DNA of 64,000 bases, from the NCBI RefSeq assembly GCF_052425735.1, contig NC_135762.1:33480001-33544000 (forward strand), read 5' to 3'. This DNA comes from Oculina patagonica. Taxonomy: Eukaryota. Positions 19,301 through 30,500 of the stretch are shown piece after piece (the first letter of the stretch is position 1; each line of letters begins with the position of its first letter). A program made the translations under genes and the position numbers. The notes beneath the pieces were generated by a model. The model had not been told where the DNA came from. It saw only the letters and a list, made by a program, of their open reading frames with translations, and made no database searches.

Positions 19301-22300
19301 GTGATATACCGACTCCGAACATAGAAACAGTTGGTGTGTTTGGGTTTGTCGCTATTTCTTCGCGGCTGGTAACGATTCCCTGTCGTTAGGTCTCTTTTTT
19401 TGTAAAAGAACATGCCCGCGGCACGGATTCGCTGACCCAGAGACGCTTGATCCTTTTCTTTTACTTCTAGGGTCAACAACATCGTCTAATCTAGCTTTAG
19501 CATATGCAAAAGTGATCGTCATGTGACGGATGTGATTAGTGACTTATGTCCTGTCAGTCCTGTGTTGTAAGTCTACAGTGTGTTTGTCATGTACATATCT
19601 GTCAGATAGTCAAATAGACATATCTGTTATCCGAACATTCACGGAATTTTATCGGGATTATAATAGAGATTAATATTAATCCGGATTATAATATTAATAA
19701 TAATCTAATCCTTCCAATTTTTTGCCGTGCCTAAATCTATTACTGGATTATAATAATCTAAAAAGAAAAAAAAGGCGCGTAAAGGTTGACTCTGCGTAAA
19801 GGAAGTTAAAGGTCCGTAAAGAACGGTACGTAAAGAATCGTAAATAATGTTAAAGACGCGTAAAGTGTTAACAGCGAAGCTGATCAAAATAACTCTAATT
19901 CTACTTAAAACGGATGATTTTTCACTTATTTCGGTATTTCTTTTCATAGAAAGTAGTGAATTAGATTGAATTATAGCCATCTAGATCTTCATCCTTTACG
20001 AACATGTAATATCCTTTACGCAGTCTTTACGAGTTCTCTGCCGTTTACGCATCTTTACGGAATGCGAACTTGTCCGTAAAGAAAAGGCCATATATTTACG
20101 AATATTTACGCAAGCGGTAAAAAATACGTAAATTCTTGTTTTCATGCTGTGTAAGACAAATTTGCAGTGTGTTAATAATCCAATCCAACTGTAATTATAT
20201 AATTATAATTACTCACTTTTGAGCGTAGTAGCCGATTGATTGCCATTCACAATAGTAAATTTTCTTTTTGATGTTATATAGTTGGGAAATTTTAAAACTT
20301 GGCCTTCCCAAAGAGTTCACGCTGTTTTGATTTGTAGAGTAGCCTTTTACACTACTGATTTGTAGAGTAACTTTTATCATCTTAGATACAAGTACCGTTT
20401 ATAGTAAGCTTTCGTTTGCAATGGAGTTTTTCATGTGCGGTCATTTCAATTTTTTTTTTCGTGTGTAAACTAGGGCCTCTGCTGGATGAGGATCTTGATG
20501 TTCGATGCATCCCTTTTCCCCAGAGAAAAGATTTAACATTCAGCCTCAGTGGTAAGTAGGAAAGTACTGCACTAGGGAAAATACACATTACCCTTTAGGG
20601 CCATAAATTTCACAATTAGCAAAACCTTAACCTTTGCCCACAAAGTACTTTGCTATATCTTTATGTGTATCAAGTGATATTTATTCCCTGTGCTTGTGCT
20701 TCAAACGTTGTGAAACGTTTTGTATACACCATAACTTGTAGTATTTATACCTAAACACCACATTGCTATGTTCACACACATTTCAGACTAAGGGAAGTTT
20801 GTGTTTGTATTTCATGTTATTTTGGGGCCAAAGCCGCACTGGTTCTTGGATAGTTTAGAACATGAGTTTTGCTATGTACATGGTTCGTACAATCTTGAAA
20901 AGGTCTTGAATTTTAGCAGTCGTCTTGAAAAGTCCTTGAATTTGGTTAAGTCCTTGAAAAGTACTTGATTTCTTCATTAGGTCTTGAAAAGTCCTTGAAA
21001 TTTAGGACTTCTTGCACGCCCTATTTCTTTTCTGATAAATTAAATGCTTTTGGTAAGAAAAATTTGTTCACAAACGACTTCTAAAATGAGAAATAACTTG
21101 CGAAAATGTCGGTATAAAACGCGAACCCCTACATGAAGCATGATTTAGATCTTTGCCTCAATTTCATGCACCAGGGCTTGCACCAGGCCTCTGATGTGGG
21201 GTTGTCCACCATGTGGTTTTGTTGGAAGGGGCAACATGGCCGATAGTGAGTAAACATTTCGCGTTGTTTTGAATTCCTTCGTTTGCAATTCAAATTAGCT
21301 ATGGTCAAATGTGTATTCAATCGTAAATGGTTAAGTGATGAAAAGTTCAGCTGGGTTAAAGAATTTAAAGGCGACAAGCACAAGGTGTGTGTTGTGTTTA
21401 CAACAAAGTGATCGACATCGAACGCCGAGAAAGCGCTTTGAGGAGCTCAAAAAGAAGAAGAAAAGGATGGAACTGGACATAGACACACTTGTCCAGTCAG
21501 CAGATGATTTGGGTGTCAAAGCCAAGAAACTGGAAAGCTCACTCTTATCACCAAGTCCAATTCCCTTAGAAAGGCAGCCAAAGAGAAGACTCTTCAACTG
21601 CAAGACGTTGAGGGCAAACTGAACAAAAAGTTAGAAACGCTAAAAACATGCTGAAACATTCTGCTGTGATAAATCATTGTGAACAATATCAAGTATTGCT
21701 GTGTCTGTACTTTGTTTCTGTACTTCTGTACTTTGTTTCTGCACTTCAGACGTATATGATAGCCGTCAAATAGCCAGTGAATGTTGTCGTTTTAAAAATG
21801 TTATAAAATGCGATCACGATGATCTCGTTAACCAAGCCTGAACAATTTAAAAGTTGTAGATGACTTAGTTGAGTGTTTAAGAAATGAAAGAGAGGACGGA
21901 GAAATTGGAGACTTTTGATTTTGTGAATAAAACTCAGTCCTTGAAAACAATTTTTTGTCCTTGAAAAGTCCTTGAATTTTGTTTGTCTGAAGTTGTACGA
22001 ACCATGTATGTAGCTAGTCATCCTCACAATTACTGTAATGTCTTGAACTTTACGTTTTGTGAAAATCCACCTTCACAACCATCGCTATATGTGTCTCAGT
22101 CATTTATTCTTTTTGTTGGTCTTCCATGATAAAGAATTTTCTGGGACTCAGGACCGTTTTTGACTTTGATCCCATAGTCATGTGAATCACTTATTGCATA
22201 CCATATTTATTGGATGCGCCACGTGATACGTTCTTGTCCGTTTGAAAAAGCTGTTCCATTTGGGATACAACAGCATAAATTTAACTTTTTTCTTTAGCTG

Positions 22301-22491
22301 GAGAAGAGTGGAAACTGCTTGCAGAGAAGCTAGGCTTTTCTCCAATCGAAATTCGCTTCCTCGACAAGAGAGTCACTAACCCAGCCGACGTTGTTCTTGC
22401 TACCTTGGGAAATCACCGCTATCTAAGTGTGGGAGAAGTCTATGATGAATTAGTCAAGTGCGAGCTTCCAGCTTTGGCTGACATAATATAA
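7346..22491 (+). CDS. Host death-domain-containing protein, last three coding exons (7346-7586, 20474-20551, 22298-22491); 5' exons not found
   Basis: AG/GT sites with consistent phase 1 give ...DVVKHLREITPAGTT G PLLDEDLDVRCIPFPQRKDLTFSLS A GEEWKLLAEKLGFSPIEIRFLDKRVTNPADVVL...VGEVYDELVKCELPALADII*. WKLLAEKLG is a death-fold signature. Confidence 0.82.
8590..8747 (-). repeat. 3' LTR
   Basis: Matches 12977-13134 with one substitution; preceded on the minus strand by the polypurine tract AGGGGGAAGCAG (8748-8759). Confidence 0.97.
8804..12823 (-). CDS. Gag-Pol polyprotein (Gag, two zinc knuckles, aspartic protease, RT, RNase H, integrase)
   Basis: First ATG at 12823 (MAANVLFGRVGEF). Motifs: LRDRFVCGL; CYRCGGKHAAPKC and CYKCRKIGHIASVC; EVDTAA; RICGDYK, LPYGVKSAP, KQDD; LACDAS, TDHKPL; HHCC, IHIDF, VSDNGPQF, SNGAAER. 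Confidence 0.97.
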   Translation of the reverse strand: MAANVLFGRVGEFVQERETFRSYVERMEMFFLANNIREETGEGNEDANLAVRERKRAIFLTEIGPEAYSTLSNLLVPAKPRDTPFADIVKALEKHYNPAPLEIAESFHFGTRHQKPGEPISDFIVALKKLSIHCNYGEFLNRALRDRFVCGLNNPKIQNKLLNTEDLTFEKACQIAKSMEMAEKNTQEFRPVSASVDSEGIVNKLETVNKLETVNTNEPSCYRCGGKHAAPKCKFKSATCYKCRKIGHIASVCQSKNVDQSSKGKGNVHTLLEPRKECGDDDELGIYSLYSVGTDNPTNKGYTVETTINGSPCAMEVDTAADYSIMSKSMYTQKFSNYPLYPSKVELKTYTGETLAVCGEMQCDVVYKGQKYTLPMVVANYDNKPTLLGRNWLKHVKLEWGEIFSVTSCESTSAKRQIDDLLAKHSELFEESYEGMKGLEAHITMKDGAKPIFIKPRRVPYALKEEVEKELDKLEKHGVIVKTERSNWASPIVVVPKADKSVRICGDYKVTINSAVEDEQYPLPTQQDLYAALSGSKVFSKLDLSHAYAQLSVDNESLEYLTISTHKGLYSYTKLPYGVKSAPKIFQAKMDMILQGVEKCVCKQDDILIGGVSWQENIKILAEVLERLHKYNIHLKLPKCEFLKTEVVYLGLKLDAEGLHPVEEKVDAVKKAPVPQNVSELRSFLGMVQYYHPFLPDLATTLAPLHELLKKGVQWVWTKECQQAYEACKQSLTSDALLVHYDGNRELRLACDASSYGLGAVISHVMDDGQERPIAYASRTLSSSEKNYAQIEREALSIVFGVKKFHQFLYGRKFTLITDHKPLLAILSPKSAIPTLAAARMQRWALVLSAYDYEIEYKRSEDHANCDALSRLPHGNSTVGSESAIYSVSAIDDDFPVTAEDIGKATLVDPVLSKVHQFVMSGWPESCPDETLKPYHNRRNELSCEQDCVLWGSRVVIPPIFRTKMLGQLHWEHPGICSMKAIARTCMWWPKMDQEIEEEVRVCTVCQNVRNAPPSAPLIPWKWPTRPFQRIHIDFCQKGNDYFLVVIDSHSKWIEVQHMTSTTTERTVNELRLIFATHGLPEEVVSDNGPQFTSTEFSEFMRKNGIKHTLVPPYHPQSNGAAERSVRVVKDALVKQVLEGKKGMSMKHRLANFLFRYRTTPHSTTGVTPAELMVKRRLRTRLSLIKPNLAQVVEDKQEKQKMYKDLKCKRDRPFTRNDRVRVRNTRANSKTDKWIPGTVIKVCGPRTYVVRTGHKTRYVHTDHMIKAHDNVPDDVSEPEVMMPESSDQIATDDSVSISEPGVTSSETEDPIASSTVESSTPLVLRRSQRVRKPVIKLDL
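12961..12973 (-). promoter_or_regulatory. Primer-binding site, tRNA-Ser(GCU) type
   Basis: TGGCGACGAGGAT lies 3 nt after the 5' LTR and is complementary to a tRNA 3' end ...AUCCUCGUCGCCA. Confidence 0.85.
12977..13134 (-). repeat. 5' LTR
   Basis: Partner of 8590-8747; followed by the PBS on the minus strand. Confidence 0.97.
13681..13990. repeat. Two abutting inverted-repeat (hairpin) units; dispersed non-autonomous repeat
   Basis: TAGTTATGCAACGCTTTC...GAAAGTGTTGTGTAACTA (13681-13841) and TTTATACCATGCCATAGAAAATAC...GTATTTTCTATGGCATGGTATAAA (13843-13990). Confidence 0.75.
14237..14930. repeat. Fold-back element with ~200-bp inverted arms and a central ~25-bp minisatellite
   Basis: CTCATGGTTTTGTCATTGCCCTTGCAT..GACTGGCCCTCTCCCATGGTAG is mirrored at 14755-14930; AACTA.C.GCAAGCAAAC units lie at 14515-14670. 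Confidence 0.7.
16104..16573. mobile_element. PIF/Harbinger-like MITE
   Basis: Ends AGGTCTCCACA / TGTGGAAACCT with TAA on both flanks; long imperfect internal inverted repeat rich in ACATGT. Confidence 0.7.
16823..18342. mobile_element. Mutator-like/fold-back non-autonomous element (outer)
   Basis: TIRs built of GTCGTTTCGAGACAA tandem units; TGAATG on both flanks. Confidence 0.7.
16990..17883. mobile_element. Mutator-like/fold-back non-autonomous element nested in the previous one
   Basis: TIRs built of TTCGCCTACA tandem units; flanking GAAGACGC / GAAGACAC (TSD, 7/8 match). Confidence 0.75.
18750..19760. repeat. Two arrays of AT-rich palindromic units (GATTAATATTAATC / GATTATTATAATC)
   Basis: Arrays at ~18750-18960 and ~19655-19760. 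Confidence 0.75.
20879..22006 (+). mobile_element. Internally deleted hAT-like transposon
   Basis: 14-bp TIR CATGGTTCGTACAA, TSD TATGTA, subterminal CTTGAAAAGTCCTTGAA repeats. Relic N-terminal zinc-finger-like coding (MVKCVFNRKWLSDEKFSWVK..., from 21301) is fused to a C-terminal coiled-coil relic. Confidence 0.8.
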
Positions 22492-23847
22492 ACGTCATTT
22501 CAGGTGAAGTGAATTGTGTTTTTAATGCCATTTTATGGCATAAAACTCGTTACAATGATCACCACCTATTATTAAAATGAACAATTATTGTATTTTTTTT
22601 ACTTTGTTTTAGTTTATATTATTTTCTACTTTACTAGTTATGATGTAATGTATATGAAATGATTCATATATGAACTGCGGATGTATATGAGAGTGATAAA
22701 TGATCGTCGCAGTGAATTTCCAATTTTAAGCAATTGGAATAAAGAAGCCTGAAAAAAATTCAGGGCTTCAACGGGATAGTTATCTTAGTTAATGAAATAA
22801 TAAGTAATTAAATTTAAGTAGCTTTTGCAATACTACTCAATTCCTATGTAGACATGCAAATAAAGCTTGTTGGCATAAGTTTATTATTAACGACAGGTCA
22901 TAGACTGACAGGGGGCGGAAATGATTTTCCCGTTTCCCCTATTTTCCCCGTAGACGTGAAAGGGTTAAATAGCTGAAAAAGATCTTCTTTCGCGGCTCTC
23001 AGAGACAATAAGTATATATGAGTATAAGAACGGCCTTCCACTGCTTGCTTTCCTAACGGTGGCCACAGCACGTTAACAGACTACAGTACGTGTAGTCCCT
23101 ACATCGAGATCAGATCTTTAAGCGAGAAGCGCAAAAAAAGAAAAAAAGGAAACGGATGAAAACTGGGAGCGAGAAGCGGGGGAAATTAGAATTAGGGAAA
23201 GTAGGGGACTTCCAGAGGATTGCCACGCACTTCTCCGCGATTGTCATTTATAATAAGTTAACTTTCTTGCATTTCGACAATAAGGTGTGAAACAAATAAT
23301 TATGATAAAGTTTAAAGTAGCGATTGCTTAGTATAACATCATAGCATAATAGAGATTATGAACAGTCCCTTTCCCCTAAAGGGTGTTTTAAACATTACAG
23401 TAGAGGATAATACTCTTAGGAATTTAATGAGGCAGGTAATGCCATTATGAAACATATTTTATCTTTACTTAATTTTCTTGATCTTCGATTATTGTTTACC
23501 CGATATGCAATAATTATAGGTATTTAGTTATCTTCTAGCTATTCTATAGAGTTTTAAATTTTAATTCGTTTGAATACCCCCCTCCCCTCCGGGGGACGAA
23601 TTTTCAAATAAGCGCTGAGTGCTTGTTCCATTCTCGTCACTAGAGCCGTTTGTCCCTCTGAGCCGGCTGACTGGCTGGGGCACGAGACACAAGTGACTCT
23701 GGGGACACATGATCTGATTGGCTAGATCTTTAACAGAGAGAATTTTAATTCTAGCCAATCAAATCAAAGTATTTTAAAACGGTTGATATGATTGGCCATA
23801 TTTTAAATTCCCTTTGTTATAGATCCATCCAACCAAATATGTGTCCC

Positions 23848-23944
23848 TACCCTGGGTACCAGAGGATTTTTTTCTCGCGCGCGGTGCTTAGAGACATGAC
23901 CGACACCGGAAACCGCGCAAGAAGAACCTCTGGCACCCAGGGTA
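23848..23944. mobile_element. Short MITE
   Basis: TACCCTGGGTACCAGAGG ... CCTCTGGCACCCAGGGTA inverted ends. Confidence 0.65.
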
Positions 23945-24139
23945 ATGTGCAGGCTCTGCCGGCTAGGAGGAACAGGTGGCTCTGCGGATAAGAATGTACC
24001 CACAGCAATCTGTAAACTTTAATGTAGGGAACATTTGCAATGAAATTGTGAAGATATATCGAAAAGTATGCTTGAGATAATCAACATTTGTATTATCAAC
24101 ATCGAGGCCTTTTATCAATCAGAGTAACCCATCGTCAAG

Positions 24140-24497
24140 TGAAAGTACTTTGTACCTAATGGCTAAGCGGTGTAGCATATCAAATAGTTTGGCATTGAAA
24201 TATCGTCGTCATTTTCTGTCCATTTAACACTAGGCGACGCAGAAGGCTTCTCATTGAAGTTTGCTTCTCATTTGAAAGAGCAAAGCATTAGGAAATTGAA
24301 AGTACTTTGTACCTAATGGCTTAGCGGTGTAGCATATCAAATAGTTTTTTTTTTTATAAAAAAAAAGTCAAAAAGTGTGCAAATTATATGGCATTGAAAT
24401 ATCGTCATTATCTTCTGTTCATTTAACACCAGGCGACGCAAAAGGCCTCTCAATGAAGTATGCCTCTCATTTGAAAGAGCAAAGCATTAGGAAACTG
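24140..24497. repeat. Diverged two-copy tandem duplication (~160-200 bp unit)
   Basis: GAAAGTACTTTGTACCTAATGGCT...GAGCAAAGCATTAGGAAA occurs twice; the second copy has a ~40-bp extra segment. Confidence 0.85.
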
Positions 24498-24823
24498 CAG
24501 TTTGATCGAGGATTATGCGCCGCCCCAAACCAGACAAAATTAATTCAAATGTACTGTGGTTTGATGTAGCGGCCATGGCAAGCTATTCCATGCTTGAATT
24601 GTATACTTGACTTTGTTTAAGCCGAGCGTAAAGATTATTCACGCGCGCGTTGCTCTTTACATGGTCAATTTTTCTTGATTTTTGGCTTAAAGGTACATAA
24701 AATTGTAGGTTTTGGACTACAATTCTTTAGTTTCTAATAAAACAATTAGACTACTCGCCATCGTTTTCTATGAGTGATAATCAACTCGTTGACTATTCGC
24801 TCATGGAAAACTCGGGTCGAGTC

Positions 24824-26253
24824 TAATTGTTTATTAGATTAAAAACCTAAGTTACGATTTTACTAACTTTTAATTTAGCTTTGTTTTGGTAGGAGGACCA
24901 AAGGTTTGCTAGTTTTGTAACTATTATGTGCTACAATCGTTAAATAAAGTTGACTTGGTTTGATTTGAGGTAAACATTTGACTGGCTCTTTACTGGCCGG
25001 GGCTTTAATAATACAGTGAGTTATCCTTGGTGAGTTTAGTGAGGAATACTGAACTAGTGAGTTGCAAAAACTTGAAAATCCACAATCAGAAAATCATATT
25101 TTTCTACCCTGAACATAAGTGAAGGAAGTTTTACACTTAATTGTTTCGGATTATTCGCTCCAGAATTCTCGCATTCTGATTGGCTAACGGAGTGTAGCAT
25201 CGATACTTGCCGCAGATGAGCATACCATTTACTGGCTAAATTAAAGAATTTAATTGTTTTATCTTTCCTGGTAAAATTTACTCCCTATTCCCCTAAAAAT
25301 TATGACATTCTACTTGTCGTCATATCGCCGGTTGTTCGCGATATGTTTGACGTTGAATGCCCTCGTCATCTCTAATCTTTCTTATTAGTTCACTGGTCTT
25401 TATTAAGACTGATCCAGACTCGTTTCCAGTCGCTCCCGAGACGGTTTTGACTGGAACAGCCTGCCCCGCAACCTTCGCCTCATTCCGCCCCAGTCTTTTA
25501 TCACCTTTAGGAACAAATAAGTAGGGACTGGGAACGAGTAATTGTTTATTAGATTAAAAACCTAAGTTACGATTTTACTAACTTTTAATTTAGCTTTGTT
25601 TTGGTAGGAGGACCAAAGGTTTGCTAGTTTTGTAACTATTATGTGCTACAATCGTTAAATAAAGTTGACTTGGTTTGATTTGAGGTAAACATTTGACTGG
25701 CTCTTTACTGGCCGGGGCTTTAATAATACAGTGAGTTATCCTTGGTGAGTTTAGTGAGGAATACTGAACTAGTGAGTTGCAAAAACTTGAAAATCCACAA
25801 TCAGAAAATCATATTTTTCTACCCTGAACATAAGTGAAGGAAGTTTTACACTTAATTGTTTCGGATTATTCGCTCCAGAATTCTCGCATTCTGATTGGCT
25901 AACGGAGTGTAGCATCGATACTTGCCGCAGATGAGCATACCATTTACTGGCTAAATTAAAGAATTTAATTGTTTTATCTTTCCTGGTAAAATTTACTCCC
26001 TATTCCCCTAAAAATTATGACATTCTACTTGTCGTCATATCGCCGGTTGTTCGCGATATGTTTGACGTTGAATGCCCTCGTCATCTCTAATCTTTCTTAT
26101 TAGTTCACTGGTCTTTATTAAGACTGATCCAGACTCGTTTCCAGTCGCTCCCGAGACGGTTTTGACTGGAACAGCCTGCCCCGCAACCTTCGCCTCATTC
26201 CGCCCCAGTCTTTTATCACCTTTAGGAACAAATAAGTAGGGACTGGGAACGAG
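24824..26253. repeat. Apparently identical 715-bp tandem duplication
   Basis: 24824-25538 repeats at 25539-26253; no differences seen by eye. Confidence 0.93.
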
Positions 26254-27274
26254 TCCGAGACTGATCTAATGAAAGGACCCTGTTAAGCTTCTGATTTAAT
26301 TTCTTTTGCCCCGTTATCATCAACATTCATTTTATCAAAACTTGCAGCAAGTTAAGTAAAATACAGCGACTTTGACAAAAAATCATATTTTCTTGATCCG
26401 AAAGTAAATTCCTACTTTCCCCCCTGATCTTGAAATACAAAATTCCTGGCCTTTTTATCTGACCTGTGACAACCCTGTGATCATCCTCCCCTATAGCTTT
26501 ATCAAAGGAATAACGTCTAACCAAAATTAATATTGTCAGTCCTGAACATGAATTACAACTGAATAACATCGAGGATGCCTAAGCACCAAATTTTCTTGCC
26601 TTTAATTCCAATATTTTCGCATTTACATCCAAGAGTAAACATCAAGGACCTACTTTACTAAGAATAGAGCGATCACCAATCATTATACATCTGTATAAAC
26701 TGTAACTAACTTCGCCAACGCAAGCGGCATGTCATGCAGCAGCCTAAAGGTACAGATCGTATTCTTAACATGGCTAGCAACCAAGAAATAGCATACTCTG
26801 TAATAAATTTATGTTTTCGCTTTGTTAAATAATTTATATCTCTTACTAATTACTCTTCTTGTAAAAAAGATCCGTTCCTGATAGTTATTATATTTATATC
26901 TTTTTTGATTTATTTATACATAAATTTTCAGTTGATTAAGAGTCATATAATACAACAACATCAATGCGTTCTAATGGCTGCAGACGCCCGACTCCGCCGC
27001 GGCAGCGAGGGAGGAGCAGCACGAAGGACAGAGACGAGGGACGATATAGAGAACCAGGTATAGACGAAATGAACGAGAACGCAAATAAAATTATCCACAA
27101 GTAATGTGAAGATGATGTCCGTGGTTTTAAAAACACGACCGGGGGGGGGAAGAGGAAGGAGAAGCGAGTAGCCAAATTGACATACAACGAAATTATTTAA
27201 TTAATTGACAGCAAACGAGTGGTGTTCATCACTTCACTGTATGACGTTGAAACTACCCGACGTTTGCGGGTTCA

Positions 27275-27577
27275 CTATTCAAGATGAACATTTCCCGGCC
27301 TTCCAACGTGTCGTGGTCTTTTAAATTCTCTTCTGACACTGGCCGGGATGGAACTGGGGAGAGGAGATAGAGGCGGTGGCTCAGCGATGCTGTCTAATAA
27401 CTTTCGTTTTGTTGGCCTCGATTTCGGATGGGCACTGGCACTAGACGTGGCCTGACGAGCGGGTTCTTCCAAGCTGGAGACACTGGACTGTGTGAGAACC
27501 ACGTGATCGCTACATGGCTTTGATTGAGCGAGTCCAACTAAGCGGTGGTCTTGGCCGTTAAAGGTTGAGCTGTTTTC
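27275..27577 (-). CDS. BRCA2: BRCA2 last exon with TR2-like C-terminal RAD51-binding motif
   Basis: [33 protein letters not shown] aligns with human [24 protein letters not shown]. Confidence 0.85.
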   Translation of the reverse strand, partial: ENSSTFNGQDHRLVGLAQSKPCSDHVVLTQSSVSSLEEPARQATSSASAHPKSRPTKRKLLDSIAEPPPLSPLPSSIPASVRREFKRPRHVGRPGNVHLE

Positions 27578-30500
27578 CTGGAATAGACACAGTATATAAA
27601 AAAACAAAAACAATAAATATCTCTCTAACATCGTGAAATATTGGGATTTGGTAGTACTTTTTATCGTGTTGTAATGAGAAAGAAACCGTTTTGGCTTGGT
27701 TTAAGCTCATCAACTCTTTCAACCAGCATATCGAATCTAATTTTAAAGGATTTCTCCTTTATTTCACACGTTTCGGGGGTGAAATGCAAATTTATATTCT
27801 TATAAATTTTCTTGGACTCAACAGTCGTTTAAACTAAACGCGCCTCAAAATCACGTTAAACCCAAGTTTAACCTTAAGCAGTTCAAAATTCTCCAAAACT
27901 TTTTTTTTTTCCCCACCCAACCTTTTTGTTTTTTCTCTTTTTTTTTTAAACAAATATTTGTTTTAAAAAAAAAAAAGGCGCCTAAATTGAGGGCCGCCGG
28001 AGGAAAAAAGGAAGAGATTTTGGGAGAGCAGTCACAAGGAAAGCAGGAGACAAAAAGCAGTCTAAAATTTTCCTGAAGCTAATACGTACTTTCCCACTAG
28101 AGTGTAATGAATCCATGACATTCGAAGACCGCTTTCCCAGCGTAGAATCATGGCTTTGTACTCCGTCTGGAGATTGTCCATACATACGGACCGTGTTAAC
28201 TTTTACGTCCAGTGACGGAGAGGCTCGATTCGGGCGAAGAATGGTATTCAGCGTCTGCTGAATGTTACTCATGAACAGATTTAAGTCCTACAAATAATCA
28301 AATGAGATAAGAAATGCATGTAGAACTATGGCACGTTTTTGCTTGGATACTTTCACTGGATTATTATTGCGAGCTGAAAATGGAAAAAATAAATAAACCC
28401 ACTTGGAGGTTCAAAAAGCGGAAAAATGAGCCGTCACGACTAAATCACGATTGATTTATTGATTGATGATCNNNNNNNNNNNNNNNNNNNNNNNNNNNNN
28501 NNNNNNNNNNNNNNNNNNNNNNNNNNNNNNNNNNNNNNNNNNNNNNNNNNNNNNNNNNNNNNNNNNNNNNNNNNNNNNNNNNNNNNNNNNNNNNNNNNNN
28601 NNNNNNNNNNNNNNTTCTTAGGCAAATTTCAATGTTTGTCTATAGGCGGGCAGTCTTTTCAATCCAAGTTCTGTTGTTGCGCCATAAAAAAGCCCAGCCG
28701 ACGGCTTTGGAAGTTGCCGAGACCACAAAATTTGTTCCTAATATAAAGTTGCTCGTTGAATCTAGGCAGACACTTAATCACCGTTATCGTACATACCGGT
28801 ATATTCTGCTGAAGATTGTTCAAAGCAGTCCGTAGGTGGGGCTCACGAGGCTTTAGAGTCAGCGTGGACAACTCGCTGAACGTTAGGGACGGACACATGG
28901 AGCCGGTCATCTGCACGAACTGTCAAGTTACTACAGCAGATGAAACTACGAGGCTTGACAAGGTCTTCCACGGCAACCGCCTGTGTCAAACAAAAAATAA
29001 TTTATTCTTTACGAAAATAAGGAGGTTAATCAATAATGTATGCTTCGCTGAAATAAAAAAGGAAAATGGGGAAACCTTTAGTCCTCCCCAGAACTTTATT
29101 GCCACTAAATTGCACTCCTCGTCTGACAGATAAACGTTTTGAACGCTGGAAATAAAAACAAATAGCATTTCATTCAATTAATCAACACAAAATACAACGA
29201 CAAAGTAAAATCTTGGTTCTTCAGTTTTCGTTGTGATAAATAAGAGTGAATGCTGACGTTACCTCGAGCTGGAGAAAGAAGACACAGGACTGCAAAATAC
29301 CACTAAGCCAACAACATCTACTTCTGAACAGGACTGGAACGAACCACACCGCAACTCATCAAAGGAACAGGCCTAGAAAAGGAGTAATGTCGAATAAATT
29401 AACAATGAATCCACACAAACTGTCTGGTGGTTTATTAAAAAACGATTGCGTATGAAGTTTGATGCGTCGGCAATAAGTATCTAAAGAGAGTGGGCAAACT
29501 GCAAACTGGGAAGGCTGTTGATATTACCGGCGACTCGTAGCTACCAAATTTATCCATAATAAATCGACCCTGTCCTACCACGAGTACCAAAGATCGCTCT
29601 AAAGGGGGACAGATGCTCGAAATGCCAGGTCTTTAAATCTAAAGTGAAGGGTGCCGCATAATTACTAACTTAATAATAAACTGTGTCCCCTTAAACATAC
29701 AAATTTCAACTTCGTGTTGAAGCTCAACTAATCACATACTAGACTTGCACCAAGACGCCTTCTGAGCGAAGCGAGCCGAAAAGCGTCGCGAAGCGACGAT
29801 TAACCGCGCGTCGAAGAACTTAAGAAAGTCTTATCACATACCTGACGAGGCACGTAAACCATTCTTTTGACATCCGGGTTACTTGGTAGCTCTTCGTATC
29901 TTGTCGTTCGTGTTGCAGAGAGCTTTTGTAAGAATACGAAATTTCAGTCTAGAATAGTCACTATTTGTACAGGGCTCAGAGGAGTCAAATATCACGGTAC
30001 GTAGAAGTATCGGATCCTGTAAACAGGCTTTCAAACAGAAGGTAGAAAACGCTCCCTTACTAAGCAGGAAGCTGATTCTTCAAAGGGCAGGCAGTACTTT
30101 AGTTTATATTCATGGGAGCTTACTCCATGTCATGTTGCACGCAGGGTAGAGGGCTAAAAAAAGCTGTACAGGCTCCGTTTTATACAGCATTAAAAACCAG
30201 TCAATCGGCAAATCCAACGCCCGCAAAACCACACAAAAACTGTGACATCAAGTAACGTCAATCCAAAAGATAAGTCATTAGGAAGTGCAACAGGGGAAAA
30301 TGTACTCAAGAGAATCTACAGTGGATTTGAACTACTGGCTTGTATTTAAACATTTTCTGATTTGTACTTGCCTGTAGTTCAGAGGCGCCTTGTCGATTCC
30401 TGAAAAGAAAAGAAAATTAATACTCCACATAAAAAATCATAATAAATAAAAATAAAAAAGGTATACCATTGACATGGAAGAATGTCATTCACAAGTAACG

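Larger units (their letters stand above)
8285..20151. mobile_element. Non-autonomous CACTA/CMC(EnSpm)-like DNA transposon carrying nested insertions
   Basis: Ends CACAGATGAAAT...AATTTACG and CGTAAATT...TTTCATGCTGTG (imperfect TIR), with TAA on both flanks (8282-8284, 20152-20154). Dense subterminal CTTTACG/CGTAAAG motifs at 8300-8555, 13230-13300 and 19775-20135. Confidence 0.65.

Noticed and set aside
22645-22776. Possible tRNA-like sequence ending GGCTTCAACGGGAT
   Set aside because: Truncated dispersed repeat (a related inverted fragment lies near 31260-31322); no cloverleaf.
27760-28080. Odd homopolymer-rich sequence
   Set aside because: Looks like low-quality consensus near the gap; the same applies to 36280-36430.
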